Below are positions 22,595 through 36,249 of a DNA stretch of 64,000 nucleotides, in pieces. The translations under genes and the position numbers were made by a program. Below the pieces are notes generated by a model. That model did not search any database, was not told the DNA's origin, and saw only the letters and a list, made by a program, of their open reading frames with translations. The first letter of the stretch is position 1. Each line of letters opens with the position of its first letter. The stretch covers positions 1 through 64,000 of the forward strand of contig JBEWZL010000209.1 of NCBI GenBank assembly GCA_045837725.1. Reading direction: 5' to 3'. This DNA comes from Vermamoeba vermiformis (Eukaryota).

Positions 22595-24019
22595 TTATTT
22601 ATTTATGTATTCCTTAATAAACACGGCAACTTTTGATTTAACGTTCTTGGTAAAGTTCTCTTTCTTCTCATCCGCAACTTTGTTCCACAGCTCTTCCTCG
22701 TCTTTGATGAAGTCTTTAATAGCGTCCTTCGCCATAAACTCCGCGAATTCATTAATTCTATCGGTGTTGACGGGCCCCAATTTGCTAATTACAGTATCCA
22801 ATCGGTTCTCGTTGATATACCGCTCAATTTCAGTATAGATCCTGCTCGTGCGACAACGTTAACACAATTCTTATATACTGCACAGTATTCGAACTAACAT
22901 ACCTTTCCTCGGCTTGCTTTGCCTCTTCGCGCTTTTGTTCGTACGCAGTGAGTGGTGGTTTCGGATTAACTTCAGCGAACTAGACATCAGGGTATTAGCT
23001 CAGTTGACGAAATTTATAATATGGCTGTCTACCTTGTCATTTTTGTGCTTAAAAATAGCACGCTCTCGACCTTTGCCGGGCAAAAACAATGGCTCAGCGC
23101 ATTTAATGATGACACCTTCGATTTGATTCTTGCCCAAACGAGGCAGTCCGAACAGCTCCGGAATTGTGCTGTTGATTTTGATATCGAAGCTCAAACATTC
23201 AGTCAAGGAGCCTAATAGTGCCGACAATTAGATTCTATTCTTAAGTAATAAGTAGTAACGTTACTACTTGACTGAGCTGTAATTGGTATAATACTTGCCT
23301 TCTCTCAGCGGTTTAGCGTAGAACAACTTCGCGGCCTCAAAACATTTCATCGCGTGAGTGTAGTTCATCCAATACGGCTCGCTTTGAGCGGAATCGTGCA
23401 CCAATATATCAAACGCGTAGAAATCGATCCACGGGCAATAATAGACGCCTTTTTGAACTGGTTGATATCCCGTGTCTTTGACGTCTTCGTGAGGATAAAT
23501 TCCTCCAAACAGCTCGCCGTAGACGGTAATCTAACGCGTGAGTTAGACACTGACGAACACAAGCCAAGGGATCGGACAAGATCTGAGACAACTTACTCGG
23601 TGGACTTCGGGATGATAGACTTTAACCTTCTCGAAGATAATTTTAATTCCCTCACGGTACTTTTCACGGACTTCTTGCCAACTGAAAAACGTCTCGCTGT
23701 CTTGCATAGCGGCGGTTCGACGGGCAGCATACAGGTTTGTGCCTGAGAAGTATTAAATCCAATTTAACAGGAAAATAATATTTATACCATCATAAATAAA
23801 GCTCAAATTAGCGCCATGAACCTTTTCAAGAACGAGCTAAGAAATAAAAATTAAAATTCAATTTGTTTATTGGTAAATCGAATCACTTACCCACTGCTTG
23901 TTTTGAATTTCTTCTGAATAATGGGCTGCTTTTTTTCTACTGCCCAAATTATTTATGGAATGGTATTCCTTAAACGCCTTTTCCAATGCCTCTCTGGCGT
24001 CGAAAGCAGATTGCTCCAT
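22595..24019 (-). CDS. Rnl2-family ATP-dependent RNA ligase (multi-exon)
   Basis: Spliced model gives FKEYHSINN, motif I EKVHGAN, GELFGG, VQKGVYY, FYAFDI, EGVIIK and IFKHKN, plus a C-terminal helical domain with SKLG and KDAIKDF. Confidence 0.88.
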
Positions 24020-24183
24020 TATGCTGCGGCAGTCAAATATTTAAATTGTTACTTGTGTTGTTGTGAGCGGCGCTCTCGGTTGAATTTGTATTGTTCTTTC
24101 TACGCGATGTTTTTACCTCGCAGATCAGCGAAATTTAACAGAACACTTGTGGCCTCTATAGAAGAATCTTTTATTCAATATTT

Positions 24184-25487
24184 TTATTGTACAATCGAAT
24201 AATAAAATGCTGATTTTATCACGTTCTGAATTAATTCAAAGTCGTGCAGATCGAGGTGTTTCAAGCTTGCTTCAGCGCTCAGGATAACGCTACTATCATT
24301 CACCTCTAGTTTAACCTTGTTAAATAAATTCCAGCTTACTATTCTTGCAATATGATAGCGCATATTGATGTAAGATTTCTGTTCCGCTACCAGTTGACGC
24401 GACAGATGAGCCAGCGCCTTGTCGAAGTGCTCGCAGACAATGAGCAAGTCTATGAGATAACTTCGTGCGGCTATTATTCGCCAACGATGGAAAATATCAC
24501 CACCAAGCTTGGTCTGGTACTCGGCTAAGAAATGCTCTATTAGCTGGACCACCTCTTGTCGTTGAGCTTCAACATCACGGGCACTGCTCTTCTGCAGCTC
24601 CATTAGTTGTTTGTGCGTGTGTTTGATGCGCTTCCATTCATTGCGCATGAGATCCATGTCACTGCTTGTGATTGACGGAACGTTGAGCGACATGCCGAGC
24701 TCTCCCTCAGAAGAGCACCGCTCACAGCAACACAGGAAGAAAAAGTTTGACTTCAGCCACTTGCGACGCTTCTCACAAGGCCATTCGAGAAAGTTTTTGG
24801 CTCGGTAGGAGATGCAGACTTCTTCGCCCGGTTGAATGTCGCGAATAGCCAATACAGCTGTTTCTAAATTGTCTTTTTCGAGCACTGCGGCGTTTGGCAG
24901 GCAACTATGGTTGAAGTGGCTGATATTTTCAAATAATAAGAACAGTAATTGCCCGATCATCTCCGATCGGAATCCGTTGGACACCACTTGCGACCAAGCT
25001 CGAGAATAATCGTCGTCAGAAACTCCTAAATAAAAGTTAGCAAATATTTTAGGCCTGTAGGCGATTTACCTTCAAGTTTAGATTTTCTGATCTTGAATTC
25101 CTTTGCGCAACAAAGGGCTATGTTACTTTTCAGAACTTTCTTAATTAATAGTGGTAGGTTGGCAGCTTTAGCAACAGCAAATGGGTGCTCTATAATAAGT
25201 GTTTCGCCACACGAGATGTGACTGGATGCAATGTAGCCTCGTCCTTTTTCTTCAACTTCTGAGTCTTTAATTTTTGCATTAAAATAAACACCTACAAAAG
25301 GGTTAGAAGTGAGCACACCTCGCGCGCGACCAATAAAGAAAAAAATTAAATTCAGAATTTAATGTCAACGTAAGAAACCAGATAGTCAGATTTGATTCGT
25401 TTCATACAATGAAAGTACGATAAGGAATTCTAATTCATTATTGCTTAACCCTCGAGATTTATACTTACAGCGCGTTTTGGAAAACAT
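24184..25487 (-). CDS. SET-domain (SMYD-like) lysine methyltransferase
   Basis: KGRGYIA...GETLIIEHP, FNHSCLPNA, IQPGEEVCISY and post-SET FLCCCERC. Probable first exon MFSKTR|GTAAGT at 25487. Confidence 0.85.
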
Positions 25488-25671
25488 GATCAACTATTAG
25501 TTAACAGCAAACCGCCTGGGTTGTAAGCTCGAAATATGCATGAAATATGCTCAATATATGTTTGGTTGTTTGGCTCAAACTAAACAAATAATGTTTTGGA
25601 CAGCAACAAAAATCGTCGTAATCAACTTTACGAAATTTCTAAAAGAAGGAATGCCGTTTTCGAACGTCGAC

Positions 25672-28600
25672 TTATTTACTCCTCCTTACTGCCAGTTTGA
25701 AAGACATTTTTTGAATTTTTTCTTCGTAAACTGGCTCACTGAGGTCGCTTGGCAACTCGTCCGCGACCGAAAGCTCCGACAGACCCGCGCGCTCTACGAG
25801 CATCTTCTGATGAACTTCAATCGCATGCTTTAACTCGGTATTGCCAGTGATGATCACTAATATGCTATTAGTTACAATCAATGATGCAGACTTAACTTAC
25901 ACAACCGGATGTGCTGCTTGCGGGCCAGATCAAGTTTCTTCCGTAGCATTTGAATTTTCCTAATACACTCTCGGGCCATGCCTTCTCGGTCTAAAGTTTC
26001 TGTTCGTGCTTTAGACAAAAACACCGAAAAGTGGGCAGACTCTATGAGTTGGTACTCAGCTGGGGGCAGCGCACTCAAAAGCACGTGTTCCTGAATATGC
26101 GCACGTCAGCAACTGAGCCATTGAAAATAAATTAACGTACAGCAACGTTGAGTTGAACAGACTCTCCGTTCGGTAGCTTAATATCGAGTTGCTTGGCGCC
26201 GCTCTTGATCTCTTCGACAATCGCTTGTTGCGACTGTGCAATTTGTTTCACGACCAAGTTGAACTTTTTGCCGAATTGTTTCGCGATACCACTCTGCGAC
26301 TTGATGCTGACTGTGTAATTGCACGGCACGTGCTCGAAGTCAAGGCATCTGAAAAATGTTAGTGGTCAGTCCATGCACTCACCCTCGCGTGGACTTACTT
26401 CACATTTGTGCGGTGCAGAATGATATCTTTAGCTTGTTCAACTGCCTTTTGAAGCTTCGTTTCATAGTCTTTGGCGGCATTCACGTGCACTACTTCGCAA
26501 GGCCACTTCACTCCGAGTGCGAGCTTGTCACGAGCAGCGAGTATTGCAGTAATTACGTCGTTGGCAATGTCGATGCTGTCCTCCAAATCGCGGTCGATGA
26601 ACTGTTGATCTACGCTAGGCCAGCTCAATAAGTGCACTGACTCCGCCTGAAGTATAGGCAAATAGCCATACTCAGCACGCAGGTTTTGGTAGATTTGCTC
26701 TGTAAGGTGTGGAACAACAGGGGCAAGGAGAGTGATAATCGTCAAGAGACACTTAAATAGCGTGCTGGGAACAACCGTTAGACAATTGAAGAAAAGGTGT
26801 AACACTCACTTTAATGCGCTCCTCTTCTCATCATCAGACCCCGCAGAAGTTGACATCTCCTCGCGGTTAGTTTGCACGAACCAATGACTGAGCGTCTTCA
26901 AGGCGAATTCGCAAATCAGCGGCGGTAGAGAATTAAACTTGAACTGCTCCATCCGCTCAGTGACCACACTCACCAGTGAGTTTAGTTTTGACAGCACGTA
27001 GCTTTCTTCTTGTGACAACTTTGATGATGCGCCTGTGTCCGGCTTGATTTTGTTTAATTGCGTCATTTCTACCAAGTACTTGTGCAGATTCCAAATGACG
27101 TGCAAGTTCTTCGCCTCGCTCTGTCATTGCCATTAAAATTGAATAGTCGATTGCAAGCCACTCACCAGAAGATGCTGCAGCGAGAATTTGAGGTCCATCC
27201 CCGGCGCTGAAGCACCAATCAAATAAAGTCGAAGAGGATCCACACCATATTTGGCGTACACAGCCGTCGGATCCTCGAAGTTACCAGTTGACTTGCTGAT
27301 CTTGTCCTCGCCTTCATCGACTACAAAGCCGTGCATGTAACAGTTCTTGAAGGACTTTTGTTTGTTCACCATGACCGAGAGCAAATGCAGCAGATTGAAC
27401 CAGCCCCGGATTTGGTCTTTGCCCTCTGTTGCCAGCATTAACACGCAGTCACATTGATAGAGTATGTACTTACCGAGAATTAGATCGATCGGGAACCATT
27501 CGCTGTTCAGCTTGCTCGCTGCAGTGGCATCTTGCAGTGCATTCCACGAGGCACTACCGGCATCCACCCACACGTCGAGTACATCGGGCACGCGCTTGTA
27601 TTGGTGACTCTTGCCGTCTTTCGGACTGACACGTGTAATGACAACTGCATCAACTTTTGACTTGTGCAGATCGTCGAGCGCGCTGTGCTCTCCCGCAAGC
27701 TGTTGCAACTCTTCGGCACTACCAACAACGAAGTAGTCGCTTGCGTCATCAACATTGCGCCAAATTGGCAATGGCGTACCCCTAAGCAAGGAGTTAACGT
27801 AAGTATTGAATGACAGTTCATTCAAGTACCAATATCTTTGTTTTGACACGCTGTTGTCTCTCAAGTTCTCGAGCCAAGCGTTGAACGCATTTTTAGCTGT
27901 CTCGGGAACCCAATGGATCGTGTTGTGCTCGTTTACAAGATCTGTCTTGATATCCTCCACTCTAAAGCAGGCCATTAGTGTAAGTCCTTATTATTGACCG
28001 CGTGACATTACCTGAAGAACCACTGCTTTGTGGGTCTGAAAATGATTGGCTGCTTTGATCGTTCGCCGAACAAGTGGCTGTGCTCCACTTTATGCGAATA
28101 TAACACGAGCTTCTTTTCGTTGAACTTGTCGACAATTTTTGCGTCATCAGCTCTGGCTTTCAAGCCCTCAAATGCGGGATAGTTTCTGCGACGATTGTGA
28201 GTGCCTAAATGGAACATTTGACATTGTCCACTACCTGATCACACCGAATTCATCCAAGCCATTGAACTTCGCAGGGATATTATTCAGCTTGGCCACGACC
28301 CAATCGTCCGCACCGCAAGATGGCGCGCATGGTACGAGACCAGATCCATAGCGAGAATTGACCTCTGTCGCTAGCAAGACTGGGCCTTGAGTAACGAACG
28401 CGTTGCCAAAGTCAGGCAAATCAAATTGCAAACCCTATCAACATCATCGTTAGAAATAGACAACGCCGCGTTTAAATCTTGCCTTGAGTTCTTTGCCCAA
28501 ATAGGTTGTGATAACACGATAGCCGTTGACCTTCACTTTGTGCAAAAACAAATCATCTATTTGCTCTTTAGCAATGATATACTTGTTCGTGTGACTATTG

Positions 28601-29661
28601 ACCGAAGCTTCGACGAGTGCGTAGGTGACTTCAGGATGCACGAGCACCGCTTGAGTGAACGGCAGTGTCCATGAGGACGTGGTCCTGTGTCACTGATTAG
28701 TGTTGCACACTTCAAACTGCTCACGCTTTATCACTACGCACCAAACAACCAATGAGGCTCCAGCAAACTGCTCGGGTGTGTTGGCGACAAGTGGAAGCGT
28801 GATGTAGACTGCCGTGCTGTACATATTCGCGTGGTAGGTCTCGTGCTTAGCGAGTGCTGTGCCGTTAACTGCGTCCCACATCAATGTCTTCTCGCCTTCG
28901 TACAATCGACCGAGTTCATGAATGCGCTTGATCAGCCTGTGACGGGTCGTCATTGTTAGTTACTTCACGTGCCAAACAGTGCCAATAACATACCACCACA
29001 CGCCCTCCATGAACTCTTTGCTAATTGTCATGTACGGAGTGTCCCAGTCCATCCACACGCCGAGCTCTTTGAACGTCGCGGTCATCTCTTTGAGATTGTC
29101 CAGCGCGAGTGCACGACATTCTTCGATGAATTTGTCCACGCCCAGATGTTCTATCTGATCGCGCCCTGAGATACTCAACTTCTTTTCCGTGGCTTTTTCA
29201 ATAGGAAGACCGTGCATGTCCTGCAGATCGCGAGGTGAGCGTGATTGTTTAATCATAACTACCGAGAGCTTACAAAGCCTGGTCTCGTGTAAACATTGAA
29301 ATTGTTCATCCGCTTGTACCGAATGAAGGTGTCTTTCAGCAACTTGTTCCATGCCGTACCCATGTGGATTCTTCCTAAAAAGGAAATAAGTGCCTGTCCT
29401 CGGTCCGAAAGTCTCAAAATATGACAAGAAGACCAGATAAATTAATTCAATTAAATATTAAATCAAATAATGGGCAATAATTAACATACCTGCAGTGTAT
29501 GGCGGCCCATCCAAGAAGTAGAATTTCTTGCCACTCGCGCACCGTTCTTTCAATTTCCTTTCGATCGAATGCTCGCGCCAATATTTTTTAATATTCTTCT
29601 CAACATCGACGAACGAAAAGTGCTCGTGTTGGTTTTGTTCTTGCTGAGATTTGTTTGACAT
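25672..29661 (-). CDS. ileS: Isoleucyl-tRNA synthetase, archaeal-type sequence signatures, many introns
   Basis: [77 protein letters not shown], KISKS and LLAPVVPHLTEQIYQ. Confidence 0.92.
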
Positions 29662-30348
29662 GCTGGAGGACTGCTTGGTTTCGCTTGATTTCGCTTGCTT
29701 GATCACCTCATAACCTGAAAAAACCAAATATCTTATCCTATATATTGTACTTTGGCAGGAGATAATCAATCGACTGGACTTGAAATTTGTTTCGTGCCTA
29801 AAGCAGAATTTGTTTGAAATTAAAAAACAATGAGGAGCTTATGTACTAATTCAGCACAATTAACAACTGTTATATGTTAATGACTACGTAGTGGAGGGTA
29901 ACATTCGTTCAACTCACGAACAGCAGGCGGTGAGATGATATTGAGCGCCAGCAATCTGAAGAAAGTAAGCGTCTGAAAATTTTACTGAACGTTAAAATAT
30001 TAATAGCTTGCGTGACAAGTAATTTTGGTGGCAGCTTTACCTTTAAAATAATTTTAATCGGCCAGATTTGATCACCATCCAGCACAAACTGGTCTGCGTG
30101 CATAAATAGCTTACAAGCCCTCGTTCTATTAATCGGCACTACACGTCTACAATGCATTGTGGTGCTTAATAGTACGGTAGTTCATCGTTGCTCGCTCGGA
30201 ACACGAATAACTTTTCGTCCTTGCCTTTTATGGCGTTTAGAACACGCGCAATGCTTTCTCCGGCGTCAAAAATTCTTTTTAAAGAGTGGACCATAACCAT
30301 AACAACAACACAACTTGGATGACACGATATTGATCGTAAAATAATCGA

Positions 30349-31622
30349 ATGTTGAGCGAAGAAGAACGCAGCATCCTCCTTCAAGTGATCGAGGCATTTG
30401 GCTGGACTGCTTTCGCATTAACTTCAATAGTATTTACATTATACGGGTATGTCTTCGATTCATCAAGACTTCATTTATACTTTCTTTACTGTTGGGCGTG
30501 TTTATTGCAAAATGCGAAATTCATTTTTGACAAATACCAGATCTGCTGATATTATTTTACAGGCTCGATGAAAGGTCACTTCAGTACCCAAATAAAATAT
30601 TTTGGCTGTCCACCATTCCTGCCAGTAAGCATTGCTCAAACAAATTTTAATCAGTAATTAATTTTATACTGGCAGTCGTCTCGGCTTTCTTTGTCCCGTT
30701 TGGAACAATATCGCTTGAGCCCGGTACTTACGACACGCTTACACCGCAATGTAATGCACAAGGTAAAATTTGATCCGCGGATTGTTTTTAGTTTATTCAC
30801 ACTTTGTCACAGCTTTCATCGGACACTACGGATTCATGAGCTGGGCAATTTCGCTATTACTCTCATCTGTGTGGGTACGTGTCAAGCGTAACTTCGTTGT
30901 TTCTCTTTTGAGATTTCTCTAAAATCTAGGCACCGCCAAATTAATTTTAAATTTTATTGTAAACGAAATCATAACCTAACATCACTTTTATATAGTTGTA
31001 CCTATTGCTGAAAAACTCGAAGTTTTTGCTAAGACCAGAAGACGAGATCTTGACGTGGTATTGTGTCCTTTGCTACATTTTGCCGTTATTACCGGCAATA
31101 ATAGCACTTATTGCCAATGTTTATGGCCCTCTAGGTTATTGGTGCTTCATTGACTCAAAATACGGTTACGGTTGGATCTTGGGCCTATTTTACATTCCAA
31201 TCACCGTTTGCTGCGTCGTGACCGCTGTGTTTTTAATTATGGGCGTACTGTTGTTATTGAAGGTAAGACGCATTTATATTATCTCGCAATTCTCATTTAT
31301 TTGATCGCAGCGCGTTAAAGCCAAGAGGAAAAATGAAGCTCGGCACTTCGAATACAACGACGAGCAATGGTATCAATTGCAGATTAGACTCGTCGTCAGT
31401 TTAACGCTGACCACGTGCATCACATTGGGACTGATGATTTATGCATTTGTGACTATCGGTGCCATGAATAGCGGTGCCGCTATCACCCGTGAATTCGGCG
31501 ATGCAATAACGCTCTCCGTGTTCATCTTCTTGCTCTACTTGGTGCTCGTCGTGCCCATGTTGTCGACAGCTGTGCCGTACAACTTCATCAGGCAACGACT
31601 GTCGCGCGATCGGAATACGTGA
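30349..31622 (+). CDS. 7TM receptor, cAMP-receptor-like (CAR/GCR1-type) GPCR
   Basis: Multiple hydrophobic exons, with YGPLGYWCFI followed by LFYIP, typical of CAR/CRL-family receptors. Confidence 0.65.
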
Positions 31623-31696
31623 AAATTTTTGTTTTAATGCGGAACTGTACATATTTATTAAACTTTTGTACATAAATTAGTTTTATTTGACGTTAA

Positions 31697-34600
31697 TTAA
31701 GCCTCTGATATTTGCGTGCATAATCGCAATCGAGCACCTTCCATCGCAAGCCCTGGACCGAACGCTAAAGAAACTACATCTTGACACGTGTCAGCAGGTA
31801 CCTCGCGTTGTTTGTTCAAAATATTCTCCAACACGAAGTAAACTGTGCCCGACGAGACGTTGCCGTACTTGTTGTACACTTCCCACGTCGATTTTGTTCG
31901 TTCTTTTGGAATACTCAACTTTTCTTCAATCGTGTTGATAATCGCTTTGCCTCCAGGATGAATGGCCCATGTAATCTCAGATGACTTCTGGTCTTGCATT
32001 AACTGAGCAGCGAAAGGTTCAATATTGCCGCCCAACAACTTGCTGATCTGAGACTCGAGACCGACTTTCCACCCTAAAACCCTCGGTTAGATTATTATCT
32101 TCTCAAGCGGTCAAGTAATGCACGTACCACTGTCAGAAAGGTCCCATCGGATCTGCTCCATTGAACCTTCAAGAGCACCGCTGATGCAATTGACAACTTC
32201 GTACTTGGGCTCTTCAGCACTACGGGGATTGCTGCCCATGATCAATGCTGCAGCACCATCGCCGAACAAGGACTCGGCAATGAGATTGTCAATGCGCGCG
32301 TCATCTTTTTGCACGTGCAATGAGCACAGTTCCGTGCACACGACGAGCACTCTGTGATTAGGACTAGCGCGGGCAATTTCAGAGGCAGTACGAAGAGCAG
32401 TCAAGCCACCGAAGCAGCCCATGAAGTTCACACCCAATCGAGCCACGGACTTGTTGAGGCCTAGCGCGTCCATAATGTAGAACTCCAGTCCTGGGACGAG
32501 CGTGCCCGTGCACGACACTGAAATCACGTGCGTGATGTCTTTGAGATCTCCGCCCCAGTTCTGTTCAATAAGTGAGACACAACACTCATTGTATACTTAG
32601 TGCTGACTTACGGCAATTGCTTGACGAGCAGCGGCAGTGGCGAGTGTTGGAGCCTCGCGCACGTAGTACTCGTTGCGGTGTTCAGTCGAACCAAGCTTGG
32701 TCAGTTCATCCAGCGACAAAACCATGTGGCGACCTTCAATACCGTTGGCGGTGAAAAACTTGATAATCTTTTCTACCATTTCGGGCTGTTTGGTGGGAAT
32801 AGTCGAGCTCTCAATTAGAGCACGAGCAGACACTTGTTGCGGGTAATAATTCTCGGGCACTGCTTTACCCATGGCCAGGACATACGCTGCGGTACTAGCA
32901 GGTTGTTGCACGGTTCGTTGGCTGGCAGACTTCTTTTGAGGACGAGTCGTGGCGCCAGGTCTAGTAGGCTTGCCCAGCGTCGATTGCTCGATGTTTTTCA
33001 ACGCCAAATACGAGGCCAATTCTTTGATGTTTTTGCACTCGTAGAAGCAAGTGGGACTGATATCTTGTTCCAAATAGCGCTCTAATTCTCCGACGGCAAG
33101 AGCGACATCGATGGACTTGAGGCCGTACTCAGCGAGGGGCTTGTGAAGGTCAGTGATAGTAATGCCGGCATTGGACTTCAATGACTCGATGATAAACTGC
33201 TCAATTTCACTAGCTTTGGAGGTGTGCGCGGCATTGAACTCTTTCTTCTTCTTGTATTGACGCACGAGACCTTTGACATAGCCCACTGCAGGTACAATGA
33301 GTGCCATGAACACGAGCACTGAGACGTAAAACCAAGCCGAGATTTCAACGGGACTGAACTTCCACAGCACTAACAGCAGAAGAGCTGTCGAGAGCATGAC
33401 CGTCCTCGGCCAGTGCGAGCTCTTCGGTCGATACGGCTTGAGTTCTTGATTCAACAACATGTCGCGGCACGTAGATCTAGGGCAACATTAGTGCACTGTA
33501 ATAAATACACTGGGATGATAATACCTTCTGATTTTACCGCTGGTGGTTTTGGGCACTTTACCAGCACTCATGAGAATCAAGTGATCGTCGCTGAGTGCGA
33601 GCGAGTGGTTCGTTTGCACCGCGAGTTTGATGGCACGACGAACGGCCTGCAGCGAGTTCATAGAGATGTTGACTCCTTTCTTGACCTCAGCCACGACGCA
33701 CAACTCTTCAGAGCTCTCGGAGGCCACTGCAAATGCAGCACAACAGCCCTTGCGGAGCAGAGAGTGCGCGCGTTCAACAGTGCTTTCAATGTCTTGTGGC
33801 CAGTGATTGGCGCCGTTGATGATCACCAAGTCCTTGTCCCTGGACGCGAAGAACAGCTCGCCTTTTTGAATGAAGCCGAGATCTCCCGTGCGCATGAAGG
33901 GACCTGAACATGCGGTGAGTTACTGCAACGAGCGGTTGAGTAACAATAGTACCTTGATTATCAGCGGTGAAGTTACGAAAGATTTCATTGGTGAGCGCTT
34001 TTTTGTTCCAGTAACCCTTGGCCACGCTCTTGTTTTTGACCCAAATTTCACCGACTTCACCGTCACGTGCTGGCAACTTTGTTTTTGGATTGACAATCAA
34101 CAGCTGAGTGTCACTTTGAGGTGCACCGAGACCGACGATCTCCAGTGCGTCATCAGTGCTCATTGTCTTCATTTCAACGCGCTTGTTCTCGGTCATTTCA
34201 CTGCGTGACACTGTCAAACACGTCGGCACTGTTTTCGTCTCGCGCGGTGAGTACGTTACGAGCAGCGTTGCTTCACCGAGTCCGTACACAGGATAGAAAC
34301 TTTCTTCCTTGAAGCCAAATTTGGCAAACGCACTGAACATCAAGTCAACAAATCGTATGAAAATTATTGCAAAGACTTACGCGGAGAATTTCTTGAGTGT
34401 AAGCGGATTGATTGGTTCGGCTCCGCAGAAAGCCATCGTCCACGAAGACAAATCAAAGTCTTTGGGATAAAACTTGGCGTCACTGAACTTCTCGGCTAAC
34501 AAACTGTACGCAAAGTTTGGACCGCCAGAAAACCCGATTTTGAGCTTGGACAACAATTCGAGCCAAATCGCGGGACGTTTCAAGAACGACAACGGACTGA

Positions 34601-35786
34601 TCAGCCATTGTGTGCCTACGACGAGCAAAGGTGTGAAGAAATGTCCGATGAGACCCATGTCGTGATACATGGGTAACCAACTGAATGCCAATGTTAATAA
34701 TTATTACTATATTAGGAAATTATAGGGATTACCTGAGGCCACTAGACGAGGGTAGAGCCCCAGTGAAATTGAAAATTTGCGTGCAATTGTGGAAAATGTT
34801 CTGTGAATGTTGATTGTAAGTGGCAATGATTACCAAATAAGGAAATAATCTGTCATTACCTCGTGCGTGAGAATGATGCCTTTGGGATCGCCAGTCGAGC
34901 CCGAAGAATATTGCAACATTAGCGTGCTGTCCGGTGTAATTTCTGGTTCAATGAAAGATTCGTCTTTGTGTCCCACGGCAGCGCTGTAATCGACCCACTC
35001 AAAATCTTTGGGCAAATGCTGGTTCAGTTTTCTGTGGCGCAACATGAGCTGCATTTTGATCATTTTGAGAACGAGATTAGAGGCCAAACAAAGCGACGAG
35101 CCCGAGTCAGTTATGATCTTAATGGCCGCTCCCATCGAATACGCAAAGTTATTCGGCAATGGTGGCATGGCTGTGACCACAGTGACACCTGAAAATGACA
35201 CGTGTCAACGCAATTATTTGTGTCAAAACTCCGAAGCTGAATTGACCTCGCGCGACGATTGAATAAAGATTTTACCTGCATAAATAGCGCCCAAGAATAC
35301 TCGCAAGAAATCCAAACCAGGAGTGTACATCAAAAGCACTCTAAGAAGTCAAATAAGATTCGCGAATCAGATCTGAAAATTTTTTCGCTTTTTACCTGTC
35401 ACCAGACTTCAAGTTCTTTTTGTTAATTAAAAAGGATGCCACGCGACACGCGTCCTTGTCAAGCTCCGCGAAAGATGCGCTGTCAATTTCCTTGCCCTAA
35501 ATACAAATTAATATTATGATCCGTTTTGCAAATTCAACAGTTAACAAGTTTAGTAATATTATTATTAACTTAATATTACATTGCTAATCACGTACATTAT
35601 CGTCGAGGTATCGAAATAATTTGTGTTGCAAAGGCAGATTTTTGTCTTTGTACCACTTTGTCAAGGCTTGCCGCGAAAACATGTTGATGGATCCGCTAGT
35701 ATTGTGGTCTTAATAACAATGTTGAGTAATTAGACATATAAATTTCTCGTGACAAAGTTGCTTTACCTTTTTAAGACTTTTTCCAT
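31697..35786 (-). CDS. Fatty acyl-AMP ligase - transmembrane - ACP - type III PKS fusion protein
   Basis: FAAL motifs LQYSSGSTGDPKG, SWLPMYHDMGLIG, YGLGEATL, RTGDLGF and PKTTSGKIRR. An in-frame intron leads to a hydrophobic hairpin, then ACP EYGLKSID, then the type III PKS triad FMGCFGG / AIHPGG / YGNVSSG. Confidence 0.9.
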
Positions 35787-36249
35787 GTCGTTGCAAAACA
35801 CGAAAAACCTAACAATCCGATTAGTTTTCGCTGCACCTTCCCCACAATGCAATCACTACAACAATTGTATGCTAAACATTGTTGAGCGCGTTGGTTAAAC
35901 GGTCTGCTTCGAATGAATTAGATTAAATTAAAAATATCTTATTATTATTCATCCTTAAAATCCAATACAATTTTATCGAGACCGTACCTGCTACATTTAA
36001 CTCACCATGGATGCTAGGGCATTATTTAAAATTAATGGCGCAAACGAAGAGGTTTCTTAAGAACAACGACTTCGGAAACGGACGGCAAACATTGTCCTAT
36101 TTTCGATAATTATATTATTCATTAATACATTTTGCAATGGAGCGGAGGGTTTGGGTTCCGTGGAAGTGGTGCTTCCGTTGGCAGAAATAAAATAACGGAA
36201 AAAAGGTTTGAGTTCACTTTTCCAAGGCCTTTGTAAGCATTAATCAAAC

